Source of the DNA: Heterodontus francisci
Taxonomy: Eukaryota
DNA: 64,000 nucleotides
NCBI RefSeq assembly: GCF_036365525.1
Contig: NC_090418.1
Coordinates: 15,128,248 to 15,192,247 of the forward strand
Direction: 5' to 3'
Below, piece after piece: positions 50,984 to 62,599 of this stretch (its first letter is position 1; every line of letters begins with the position of its first letter). The notes beneath the pieces were generated by a model that was not told the origin of the DNA, did not search any database, and saw only the letters and a program-made list of their open reading frames with translations. The position numbers and the translations under genes are program-made.

Positions 50984-51582
50984 GATTAATCGGGGAATCG
51001 CTGCTGTTTCTTTTGAACACGCGGAGTGAGCATGCGGTGCTGGTCCAGAAGAAGGAGATGAGTCTCAATGACCTGACATTGTGCCTGAGATTTAACACCG
51101 AGCTCCGCACTAAGCACACCCTATTCTCCTTCAAATCCAGCACCCCCAGTGATCTGCTGCTGCGCCGGGAGGACGAGAGCACCATGACGGTAAGCTTCAG
51201 CGGCAAGGAGGTTCGATTCCAGCTGCCTGCGAACCTCTGGGGCTGGGTCCACATCTGCACCACCCGGGAAGCGAACAAAGGTCTGGTCAACCTGTACGTC
51301 AATGGGCAGCCCACGGCCCGGAAGACTGTGCGAGGTTCCGCGCCCATCGTAATTCGGGGCAACGTCATCCTGGGCCACGAGGAGGACAGCATCGGGAAGG
51401 ATCCAAATTACGTGGGCGAGTTGATCGATGTCAACCTGTGGGATCGTGTTTTAGCACCCAGAACAATCAACCTCCTCGCGACAGGGGAGTCTAACACTCA
51501 GGGGAACGTCATTGACTGGCTTACCACCAGCATAGAAACCAAAGGAAGCGTTGTTGTCCAAAGATCAACTAAAATTCAGTAA
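50984..51582 (+). CDS. Divergent short pentraxin B, pentraxin-domain exon
   Basis: LTLC, LFSF, WVHICTT, LYVNG, ILGHEED, VGELIDVNLWDRVL and GNVIDW motifs; acceptor CTGTAG at 50982-50983 in phase; AATAAA at 51703. Confidence 0.92.
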
Positions 51583-51842
51583 CCCACATGGTCTTGTCTA
51601 GGGGAATAGTGAGGAGCTCCTTAACACACCCTCCACAAATCAACCATACTGCTCCTGTACACAGTATGGCCCACTTAGTAACACACCTGTGTGTTAATAA
51701 GAAATAAATGCATTTCGCCTCCAATCCTGTCGCCTCATTCTGTTCGGTCGAGTCTGTTATTATCCGCACACTCTCTGAACTCTCACATCTTTCAGGGCTC
51801 ACACGAGACAGCAACTGGAAACAAAACACAATGGCATTTATA

Positions 51843-52415
51843 CATAGAAACATAGAAAATAGGAGCAGGAGTAGGCCATTCGGCCCTTCGAGCCTGCTCC
51901 CCATTCATTATGATCATGGCTGATCATCCAACTCGGTAACCTGTTCCCAATTTCCCCCCATACCCTTCGATTCCTTCAGACCCAAGAGCTATATCTAACT
52001 CCTTCTTGAAAACATACAATGTTTTGGCCTCAACTGCTTTCTGTGGTAGCGAATTCCACAGGCTCACCACTCTCTGGGTGAAGAAATTTCTCCTCATCTC
52101 AGTCCTGAAAGGTTTATCCCATATCCTTAGACTATGACCCCTGGTTCTGGACTCCCCCACCATCGGGAACATCCTTCCTGCATCTACCCTGTCAAGTCCT
52201 GTTAGAATTTTACAGTTTTCTATGAGATCCCCCCTCACTCTTCTGAACTCCAGCGAATATAATCCTAACCGACGTAATCTCTCCTCATACGTCAGTCCCG
52301 CCATCCCAGGAATCAGTCTGGTAAACCTTCGCTGCACTCCCTCTATAGCAAGAACATCCTTCCTCAGACAAGGAGACCAAAACTGCACACAATATTCCAG
52401 GTGTGGCCTCACCAA
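51843..52415 (-). mobile_element. CR1-like LINE 3' end
   Basis: PHLEYCVQFWSP ORF; near-identical to 4532-5100. Confidence 0.92.
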
Positions 52416-53289
52416 TCACATCTTTGAAAACAACAGGATGACACAAGGGGTTACAGTCAGGGAAGTCACCTTGAAGTTTAGTCACTGTTGCAATGAGAGA
52501 AAAGCGGCAGCCAAGTCATGCACAGCAAGATCCCACAGGCAGCAATGAGATAATCTCCAGATTAGCTGATGTTGGAGGGCGGGGGAGGGAGGTCGGGGGA
52601 GAGGGGGCGGGGGAGATGGGTCGGGGGAGATGGGTCGGGGGACAGGGGGAGGGGGGGGCGGGGACAAGGGGGGGGGCGGGGGACATGGGGAGGCGGACGG
52701 GGGACAGGGGGAGAGGGGGCAGGAGACAGGGGGCGGGGGACATGGGGAGGGGGAGAGGGGGACAGGGGAGGGCAGAGTGGGGCGGGGGGGCGGAGTGGGA
52801 CGGGGGGGGACGTGGGGGGAAGGGGGTGGGGGGGGGACAGGGAGGGAGAGAGAGGGAGAGAGAGTGAGTGGTCAAGATCACTACTGACACAATGACATCT
52901 ATCTGGAATACCCTACATTGCTACAAGTGCAAAGGCAAATATTGACCACTTCTGCAAGCAGAAAAATGCCAGATTTCTCTCTAAATCAATGTCCAACATA
53001 TTGAAGAGAAAGTCAATAAATTAATCTTCTCATTTAAAACATCTTGACAAAAATGTCCATTTGTTGCTGATTTGATTCATAGTAACATACATTTTCAATG
53101 ACTTTAACCTTCCAAAATTGTCTCAAGAGCTCTCTAAGCAACTGTAGAACTGTAATCTGCCACCCCTGGCATAAAGGCTTTCCGTTAATGTCTCATCTGA
53201 ATAATAACACCTCTGACAGTGCGGCGCTCCCTCTGTTCTGCTCCCCGAATCGCTGGCCTATTCTTTGGTTCAGACTTTGTCTTCTGCCA

Positions 53290-53400
53290 GTAACAAACAT
53301 GGCGGCCGGTTTGCGTCTGCGCCATTTTTAGTCCTGGCAGCTTCCGGCTCAAGGGCATCCACTTCCGGTTGCGAATTCCGTCCCATTTTCTTCTCGAGAC
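53290..53400 (+). promoter_or_regulatory. SNAPC2: SNAPC2 CpG promoter and non-coding exon 1
   Basis: YY1-like AACATGGCGGC and GCGCCATTTT, ETS CTTCCGG twice, donor GTGAGT at 53401. Confidence 0.7.
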
Positions 53401-53689
53401 GTGAGTAAAACAGAGAGACAGAAGCAGGAGGGGGGTCAGTGGGGAGGGGGGTCAGTGGGGAGGGGGGTCAGAGGAGGATCAGTGGGGGGGGCGGCCGGAA
53501 GAGGAGTAGAGGGAGGGGTCGGAGCAGGAGGAGGGGGTGGTGAGAGGAGGAGGGGGTGGTCAGGAGAGGAGGGGGAGGGGGCTCAGAGCAGGTGGAGGAG
53601 GAGGGGGGTCGGAGGAGGAGAAGGGGGGGTCAGAGGAGGAGAAGGGGGGTCAGAAGAGGAGGAGGAGTGGGTCAGGAGGAGGTGGTGGA

Positions 53690-54900
53690 GGGGGGCGATC
53701 AGAGGAGGTGGATGGGGGGGGTCAGAGGAGGTGGATGGGGGGGTCAGAGGAGGTGGTGGAGGGGGGCGATCAGAGGAGGTGGATGAGGGGGGTCATAGGA
53801 GGTGGATGAGGGGGGTCAGAGGAGGTGGATGGGGGGGGTCAGAGGAGGTGGACGGGGGGGGGTCAGAGGAGGTGGACGGGGGGGGTCAGAGGAGGTGGAC
53901 GGGGGGGGGGGGTCAGAGGAGGTGGACGGGGGGGGGGGTCAGAGGAGGTGGACGGGGGGGGGGGTCAGAGGAGGTGGACGGGGGGGGGTCAGAGGAGGTG
54001 GACGGGGGGGGGGGGGTCAGAGGAGGTGGACGGGGGGGGGTCAGAGGAGGTGGACGGGGGGGGGGGGGTCAGAGGAGGTGGACGGGGGGGGTCAGAGGAG
54101 GTGGACGGGGGGGGTGGTCAGAGGAGGTGGACGGGGGGGGGGGTCAGAGGAGGTGGACGGGGGGGGGGTCAGAGGAGGTGGACGGGGGGGGGGTCAGAGG
54201 AGGTGGACGGGGGGGGGGTCAGAGGAGGTGGACGGGGGGGGTGGTCAGAGGAGGTGGACGGGGGGGGGTCAGAGGAGGTGGACGGGGGGGGGTCAGAGGA
54301 GGTGGACGGGGGGGGGTCAGAGGAGGTGGACGGGGGGGGGTCAGAGGAGGTGGACGGGGGGGGGGGGTCAGAGGAGGTGGACGGGGGGGGGTCAGAGGAG
54401 GTGGACGGGGGGGGGGGGTCAGAGGAGGTGGACGGGGGGGGTCAGAGGAGGTGGACGGGGGGGGGGGTCAGAGGAGGTGGACGGGGGGGGGGTCAGAGGA
54501 GGTGGACGGGGGGGGGTCAGAGGAGGTGGACGGGGGGGGGGTCAGAGGAGGTGGACGGGGGCGGGGGTCAGAGGAGGTGGACGGGGGCGGGGGTCAGAGG
54601 AGGTGGACGGGGGCGGGGGTCAGAGGAGGTGGACGGGGGGAGTCAGAGGAGGTGGACGGGGGGGGTCAGAGGAGGTGGACGGGGGGGGTCAGAGGAGGTG
54701 GACGGGGGGGGTCAGAGGAGGTGGACGGGGGGGGTCAGAGGAGGTGGGGGGGGGTCAGTGGAGGAGGAGGGGGGTCAGAGGAGGAGAAAGGGAGTCAGAG
54801 GAGGAGGAGGGGGGGTCAGAGGAGGTGGAGGGGGGGTCAGAGGAGGTGGAGGGGGGGTCAGAGGAGGTGGAGGGAGGGGTCAGAGGAGGTGGAGGGAGGG
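53690..54900. repeat. G-rich minisatellite (TCAGAGGAGGTGGAC + variable G run) inside a ~2.9-kb purine-rich intron
   Basis: Dozens of tandem units with G runs of ~8-13. Confidence 0.95.
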
Positions 54901-56493
54901 GTCAGAGGAGGAGAAAGGGAGTCACAGGAGGAGGAGGGGGTGTCAGAGGAGGAGGAGGAGGGGGTGTCGGAGGAGGAGGAGGAGGGCGGGGGTCAAGGGA
55001 GGAGGGGGGGTCGGAGGAGGGAGAGGGAGCAGGAGAAAGGGAAGCGAGGGTCGGAGAAAGGGGAGGGGGCTCAGGAGGAGGAGTGGGGTCGGAGAAGGAG
55101 GAGGGGGCTCAGGAGGAGGAGTGGGGGTCAGAGGAGGAGGTGAAGGGTCGGAGTAGGAGGAAAAAGGGGTGGGGGGTCGGAGGAGGAGGAAGGAGGGGGT
55201 GTCGGATGGGGAGGGGGGTCAGAGGAGGAGGGGGATCGGAGGGGGAAAGGGATCAGAGGAAGAGGAGAAGGAGAAGAAGGGGGGTCAGCGGAGGAGGAGG
55301 GGTCAGAGGAGAAGGGCTGGGGGGTCAGAGGAGGAGGAGGGAAAGGGGGTGTCAGAGGAGGGGGAGGGGTGTCAGGAGGAGGAGGGGGGTTGGAAGGGGA
55401 GGAGGGTCGGAGGAGGAGGAGAGGGGTCAGAGGGGGAGGGGTTCGGAGGAGAAGGGGCGGGGGCGGTGGGGGTGAGGAGGAGGAGGGGCAGCGGGGTCAG
55501 GAGGGGGAGAGGGTGGTCATAGGATGTGGGGGGTCATTGGAGGAGAAGGGGGTGTTGCCGGAGGAGGGGAGTCAGAGGAGGGAGGTCAGAGGAGGCGGAC
55601 AAGAAGAGGTCTGGGAGGGGAGGAGGAGGGTGTCCGAGGAGGAGGAGGAGGGGGGTCAGAGGATGAGGTGGGGGAAGGGTCTCAGGAGGAGTAGGGAGTC
55701 AGAGGAGGAGCGGGGGGGTGTCAGACGGAGGAGGAGGGGGGTTTCAGAGGAAGAGGAGGAGAGGGTGGAGGAGGAGTGGGGTTGGAGGGGGAGGGAGGGT
55801 GGGGTCGGATGGGGAGGGAGGGATCGGAGGACGAGGAGGAGGGTCGGGTCGGAGGAGGAGGAGGGAGGTCGGGGAGGGGGTTTGGAGGATGAGGGGGGTT
55901 CGGGAGGAGGAGGGAGGTGCGGTCGGACTGAGGCGGAGGATGCGGGGTTGGACTGGGGAGGAGGAGGGGAGAAAGATGGAGCTGGAGTGGAGATAAACGG
56001 AAGGAGAGGGGAGACGGGGGAAGCGAGAGGGAGCAAGAAAAGAGGGAGTGGGATACAGACTGGGGCAGCGAGACAAACGGGGGGTGGGGGGGGGGGAAAA
56101 GACAGAGAGTGAAGGGGTGAAGGGCAGAAAGGGAGTGAGAGAGAGACGGAGTGTGTGAGAAGCAGAGAGCGAGACACGCAGACAGACAGAAAGGGAGAGA
56201 CCGGCAGACGAAGAGAGAGGGATGGACACACAGAGAGGCAGAGGTAGACGGACAGGGAGGGGGAGCGAGAAACAAGGAGGCAGCGGGAGGGAGCCGGGGC
56301 AAGAGAGAGTGAGAACTCCCTCTCTTGCTCCCCCCGCCATGCCCGCACCCCCTCCCGGCTCCCCTTCCTCTCCTGTCCTCCACTCCTACTGCAGCTCCTC
56401 CTCGCCGCCCACCCCTCTTTCTCCTCTTCTCCCAGGCCTCAACTCTCACTGACTCCCTCCCTCTCTCTCTCCCTCCAGGTACGCTGTGTGGTG

Positions 56494-56700
56494 ATGAAGC
56501 CTCCTGTCAGGGCCCGAGCTGCCCCTCGCCGTTATGGGGTGGATTTGGCAAAACAGTGGATGGAGATCGACAGTGAGATTGCTGATTGGACGGTTAGAGA
56601 CAAGCGCCTGCTGCTCCGAGCACTGATGAGGCAGAGTGCATCCAGGGAACCCGACCTCAGCAGCATTGAGAGGGCAGTGCCCGGGAAGAATCGGGAGGAG
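56494..56700 (+). CDS. SNAPC2: snRNA-activating protein complex subunit 2, first coding exon
   Basis: MKPPVRARAAPRRY...WTVRDKRLLLRAL...EPD...GKNREE resembles the vertebrate SNAPC2 N-terminus (MKPPPRRRAAPARY...WSAREKRQL); acceptor at 56477-56478; phase-0 donor at 56701. Confidence 0.88.
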
Positions 56701-56989
56701 GTGGGCACGGGGCTGCAGTTAGCGGAGACCCTAGTCCAAGAACCCTCCCCATTGCCTCCTCTCCAAGCCCCCGGTGTCTGGGAAACCTACCAACTTCCGG
56801 ACCACCCCAACCCCAGGCACCCGCAACCCTTTCTTCCTCCACCCCTCCACCCCCCCACCCCCAACCCCTCCTTCACCACCCTCGTCCTCTCCTGCCCTGC
56901 TCTCCCCCTGGCCCACCGCCATTTCGACCTACCACTCCCACCCCTGTCCTTTTGCCCACTCCCTCCCTGCCCACCACTGCCGATTCCTC

Positions 56990-57080
56990 ACTCCCCACTC
57001 TACCCTCCCCACTCTACCCTCCCCACTCTACCCTCCCCACTCTACCCTCCCCACTCTACCCTCCCCACTCTACCCTCCCC
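56990..57080. repeat. 14-bp tandem repeat (CCCCACTCTACCCT) x6
   Basis: Direct reading. Confidence 0.9.
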
Positions 57081-57152
57081 CCCTCCGGTCGCCTCACTCC
57101 ACCTATGTGGGTTTTCAGGAGAGTATTGAATCCCTGTTTGCTCTGTCTGCAG

Positions 57153-57272
57153 ATTTCCGCCTACCTCGAGGGGCTCCGGGTGAGGTCGATACGGAGTTTG
57201 ACGCAGCGGAACTACATCCAGAGACTCCGGGAGAAACAGCACAGACAGCAACAGCTCAGAGCACCCCTACAG
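57153..57272 (+). CDS. SNAPC2: SNAPC2 second coding exon (ISAYLEGLRVR...RAPLQ)
   Basis: CTGCAG acceptor, 120 nt, phase 0/0, aligns to IRVFLQQLKGR...PAPIE; later exons not found in the window. Confidence 0.85.
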
Positions 57273-57299
57273 GTCAGAGAGACTTGGCCAATCGGGCAC

Positions 57300-59732
57300 T
57301 CTATACTGACTGGGAGTTATACTGCAGATTGTCACACTGACAGGGAGTTATACTGCAGCCTGCGTCACACTGACTGGGAGTTATACTGCAGGCTGTGTCA
57401 CACTGACTGGGAGTTATACTGCAGGCTGTGTCACGCTGACTGGGAGTTATACTGCAGCCTGTGTCACACTGACCGTGAGTTATACTGCAGGCTGTGTCAC
57501 ACTGACTGGGAGTTATACTGCAGGCTGTGTCACACTGACCGGGAGTTATACTGCAGGCTGTGTCACACTGACTGGGAGTTATACTGCAGGCTGTGTCACA
57601 CTGACTGGGAGTTATACTGCAGCCTGCGTCACACTGACCGTGAGTTACACTGCAGGCTGCGTCACACTGACTGGGAGTTATACTGCAGCCTGTGTCACAC
57701 TGACCGTGAGTTATACTGCAGGCTGTGTCACACTGACTGGGAGTTATACTGCAGGCTGTGTCACACTGACCGTGAGTTATACTGCAGGCTGTGTCACACT
57801 GACCGTGAGTTATACTGCAGGCTGCGTCACACTGACTGGGAGTTATACTGCAGGCTGTGTCACACTGACTGGGAGTTATACTGCAGATTGTCACACTGAC
57901 CGTGAATTATACTGCAGGCTGCGTCACACTGACCGTGAGTTATACTGCAGGCTGCGTCACACTGACTGGGAGTTATACTGCAGGCTGTGTCACACTGACT
58001 GAGAGTTATACTGCAGGCTGTGTCACACTGACTGGGAGTTATACTGCAGGCTGTGTCACACTGACAGGGAGTTATACTGCAGGCTGTGTCACACTGACTG
58101 GGAGTTATACTGCAGGCTGTGTCACACTGAGTGGGAGTTATACTGCAGGTTGTGTCACACTGACTGGGAGTTATACTGCAGGCTGTGTCACACTGACAGG
58201 GAGTTATACTGCAGGCTGTGTCACACTGACTGGGAGTTATACTGCAGGCTGTGTCACACTGACTGGGAGTTATACTGCAGGCTGTGTCACACTGAGTGGG
58301 AGTTATACTGCAGGCTGTGTCACACTGACTGGGAGTTATACTGCAGGCTGTGTCACACTGACTGGGAGTTATACTGCAGGCTGTGTCACACTGACAGGGA
58401 GTTATACTGCAGGCTGTGTCACACTGACTGGGAGTTATACTGCAGGCTGTGTCACACTGACTGGGAGTTATACTGCAGGCTGTGTCACACTGACTGGGAG
58501 TTATACTGCAGGCTGTGTCACACTGACTGGGAGTTATACTGCAGGCTGTGTCACACTGACAGGGAGTTATACTGCAGGCTGTGTCACACTGACTGGGAGT
58601 TATACTGCATGCTGCATCACACTGACCGTGAGTTATACTGCAGGCTGCGTCACACTGACCGGGAGTTATACTGCAGGCTGCGTCACACTGACTGGGAGTT
58701 ATACTGCAGGCTGTGTCACACTGACTGGGAGTTATACTGCAGGCTGTGTCACACTGACTGGGAGTTATACTGCAGGCTGTGTCACACTGTCGGATTTGTT
58801 TTGCAGGCTGTGTCACACTGACAGGGAGTTACACTGCAGGCTGTGTCACACTGACTGGGAGTTATACTGCAGGCTGTGTCACACTGACTGGGAGTTATAC
58901 TGCAGGCTGTGTCACACTGACAGGGAGTTATGCTGCAGGCTGTGTCACACTGACTGGGAGTTATACTGCAGGCTGTGTCACACTGTCGGATTTGTTTTGC
59001 AGGCTGTGTCACACTGACAGGGAGTTATACTGCAGGCTGTGTCACACTGTCGGATTTGTATTGCAGGCTGTGTCACACTGACTGGGAGTTATACTGCAGG
59101 CTGTGTCACACTGACCGTGAGTTATACTGCAGGCTGCGTCACACTGACCGTGAGTTATACTGCAGGCTGCGTCACACTGACGGATTTGTATTGCAGGCTG
59201 TGTCACACTGACAGGGAGTTATACTGCAGGCTGCGTCACACTGACCTTGAGTTATACTGCAGGCTGCGTCACACTGACGGAGTTACACTGCAGGCTGTGT
59301 CACACTGACAGGGAGTTATACTGCAGGCTGTGTCACACTGACGGAGTTACACTGCAGGCTGCGTCACACTGACGGAGTTATACTGCAGGCTGCGTCACAC
59401 TGACGGAGTTATACTGCAGGCTGTGTCACACTGACAGGGAGTTATACTCCAGGCTATGTCACACTGACAGGGAGTTATACTGCAGGCTGTGTCACACTGA
59501 CAGGGAGTTATACTGCAGGCTGCGTCACACTGACGGAGTTATACTGCAGGCTGCGTCACACTGACGGAGTTATACTGCAGGCTGTGTCACACTGACAGGG
59601 AGTTGTACTGCAGGCTGCGTCACACTGACAGGGAGTTATACTGCAGGCTGCGTCACACTGACTGGGAGTTATACTGCAGCTGTGTCACACTGACAGGGAG
59701 TTATACTGCAGGCTGCGTCACACTGACGGAGC
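57300..59732. repeat. 33-bp minisatellite (~74 copies, with 31-bp variants)
   Basis: Unit GGGAGTTATACTGCAGGCTGTGTCACACTGACT. Confidence 0.97.
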
Positions 59733-59734
59733 TC

Positions 59735-60340
59735 TGCAAAACTGTGGTCAATGGGAATCGGGGAAAACCCTCTGCTGGCTGGAGTCATACCTAGCGCAAA
59801 GAAAGATGGTTGTGGTTATTGGAGGTCAATCATCTGAGCTCCAGGACATCACTGCAGGAGTTCCTCAGGGTAGTGTCCTAGGCCCAACCTTCTTCAGCTA
59901 CTTCATCAATGACCTTCCTTCAGTCATAAGGTCAGAAGTGGGGATGTTCGCTGATGATTGCACAATGTTTAGCACCATTCATGACTCTTCAGATACTGAA
60001 GCAGTCCGTGTGGAAATACAGCAAGACCTGGACAATATCCAGACCTGGGCTGATAGTTGGCAAGTAACATTCGCGCCACACAAGTGCCAGGCAATGACCA
60101 TCTCCAACAAGAGAGAATCTAACCATCTCCCCTTGACATTCAATGGCATTACCATCGCTGAATCCCCCACTATCAACATCCTAGGTGCTACCATTGACCA
60201 GGAACTGAACTACCTACCCCACATGGACTGCAGCGGTTCAGGGCATCTCACCACCACCTTCTCAAGGGCAATTAGGGATGGGCAATAAATGCTGGCCTGG
60301 CCAGCGTCGCCCACATCCCATGAATGAATTAAAAAAAAGC
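59735..60340 (+). mobile_element. tRNA-headed LINE family, RT fragment and 3' tail
   Basis: PQGSVLGP...MFADD; tail CCCACATCCCATGAATGAATTAAAAAAAA. Confidence 0.88.
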
Positions 60341-60494
60341 CTCAGGTTGTGTCACACTGGCGGGTTTATACTGCAGCCTGTGTCACACTGATAGAGATAT
60401 ACTGCAGGCTGTGTCACATTGACCAGGAGTTCTCCTGCCGGCTGTGTCACATTGTCAGTGAGTTATACTGCAGTCTGTGCCACACTGACAGTTA

Positions 60495-62590
60495 CTTTCT
60501 TATTGATTCGTAGGATTTTGGCGTCGTTGGCCACACCAGCATTTATTGCCCATCCGTAATGCCCTTGAGAAGGTGGTGGTGAGCTGCTATCTTGAACTGC
60601 TGCAGTCCGTGTGGGGTAGGTACACCCACAGTGCTGTTTGAAAGGGAGTTCCAGGATTTTGACCCAGCGACATTGAATCAACTGCAATATAGTTCCAAGT
60701 CAGGATGGTGTGTGGCTTGGAGGGGAACTTGCAGGTGGTGGTGTTTCCACACATCTGCTGCCCTTGTCCTTCTAGGTGGTAGAGGTCGCGGGTTTGGAAG
60801 ATGCTTTGGAAGGAGTCTTGGTCAGTTGCCGCAGTGCATCTTGTAGATTGCGCACACTGCTGCTACTGGTGAATGGGGTTCCAATCAAGTGGGCTGCTGT
60901 GTCCTGGATAGTGTTGAATCTCTTGAGTGTTGTTGGAGCTGCACCAATCCAGGCAAGTGGAGGGTATTCCATTAAACTCCTGACTAGTGCCTTGTAGATC
61001 ATGGCTAGGCATTGGGGAGTCAGGATGGGAATTACTCACTGCAGAATTCCCAGCCTCTGACCTGTTCTTGTAGCCACAGCATTTACGTAGCTGGTTCAGT
61101 TCAGTTTCTGGTCAGTGGTAACCCCAGGATGTTGATGGTGAGGAATTCAGCAATGTTAATGCCATTGAACATCAAGGGGAGATGGTTAGATTCTCTCTTG
61201 TTTATGATGATCATTGCCTGGCACCTGTGTGGCACGAATGTCACTTGCCACCTGTATCAGCCCAAGCCTGGGTGTTGTTCGGGTCTTGCTGCATTTCGAC
61301 ATGGACTACTTCATTATCTGAGGAAGGAAATAAATAAAATCAAGAAATGCTGTAAATACTCAGCAGGTCTGGCAGCATCTGTGGAAAGAGAAGCAGAGTT
61401 ATACTGCAGGCTGTGTCACACTGACAGGGAGTTATACTGCAGGCTGTGTCACACTGTCGGATTTGTATTGCAGGCTGTGTCACACTGACTGAGAGTTATA
61501 CTGCAGGCTGTGTCACACTGTCGGATTTGTATTGCAGGCTGTGTCACACTGACAGGGAGTTATACTGCAGGCTGTGTCACACTGACTGGGAGTTATACTG
61601 CAGGCTGTGTCACACTGACTGGGAGTTATACTGCAGGCTGTGTCACACTGACAGGGAGTTATACTGCAGGCTGTGTCACACTGACTGGGAGTTATACTGC
61701 AGGCTGTGTCACACTGACAGGGAGTTATACTGCAGGCTGTGTCACACTGACTGGGAGTTATACTGCAGGCTGTGTCACACTGTCGGATTTGTATTGCAGG
61801 CTGTGTCACACTGACAGGGAGTTATACTGCAGGCTGTGTCACACTGACTGGGAGTTATACTGCAGGCTGCGTCACACTGACCGTGAGTTATACTGCAGGC
61901 TGTGTCACACTGACGGAGTTATACTGCAGGCTGTGTCACACTGACTGGGAGTTATACTGCAGGCTGTGTCACACTGACTGGGAGTTATACTGCAGGCTGT
62001 GTCACACTGACTGGGAGTTATACTGCAGGCTGTGTCACACTGACTGGGAGTTATACTGCAGGCTGTGTCACACTGACTGGGAGTTATACTGCAGGCTGTG
62101 TCACACTGTCGGATTTGTATTGCAGGCTGTGTCACACTGACAGGGAGTTATACTGCAGGCTGTGTCACACTGACTGGGAGTTATACTGCAGGCTGTGTCA
62201 CACTGACAGAGTTTTTATTTCAGATCTCCAGCATATGCAGTATTTGGCTTTTATTTCGGTATCTGAGGCATTGTGAATGCTGCTGAACATTGTGCAATCA
62301 TCAGCGAACATCCCTGCTTCTGACGTGATTAAAGGAAGGTCATTGATGAAACAGCTGAAGATGGTTGGGCCTCGGACACTACTCTGAGGAACTCCTGCTG
62401 TGATGTCTTGGAGTTCAGATGATTGACCTCCAACAACACCACCTCTTCTTTGATGCTAGGTGTGATCAGTGGAGAGTTTTCCCCCGATTCCTGTTGACTC
62501 CTGTTTTGCTGCTGGATGCCACACTCGTTCAAATGCTGCCTTGATGTCAAGGGCAGTCACTCTCACCTCACCTCTGGAGTTCAGTTCTTT
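60495..62590 (-). mobile_element. tRNA-headed LINE family 3' part, interrupted at 61324-62259
   Basis: IYKALVRSLMEY motif; LINE sequence resumes at 62260. Confidence 0.85.
61396..62211. repeat. Second block of the 33-bp minisatellite (~25 copies)
   Basis: Same unit and the same CGGATTTGTATTG variant as 57300-59732. Confidence 0.97.
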
Positions 62591-62599
62591 TGTCCTTGC

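Noticed and set aside
53401-56449. Gly/Arg/Glu-rich ORFs of 200-580 aa
   Set aside because: Low-complexity G-rich intron lacking stop codons in all frames
57301-62286. Long Cys/His-rich ORFs (HTDWELYCRLC)n resembling metal-binding proteins
   Set aside because: By-product of a 33-bp intronic minisatellite open in several frames on both strands; SNAPC2 has a donor at 57273 just before it
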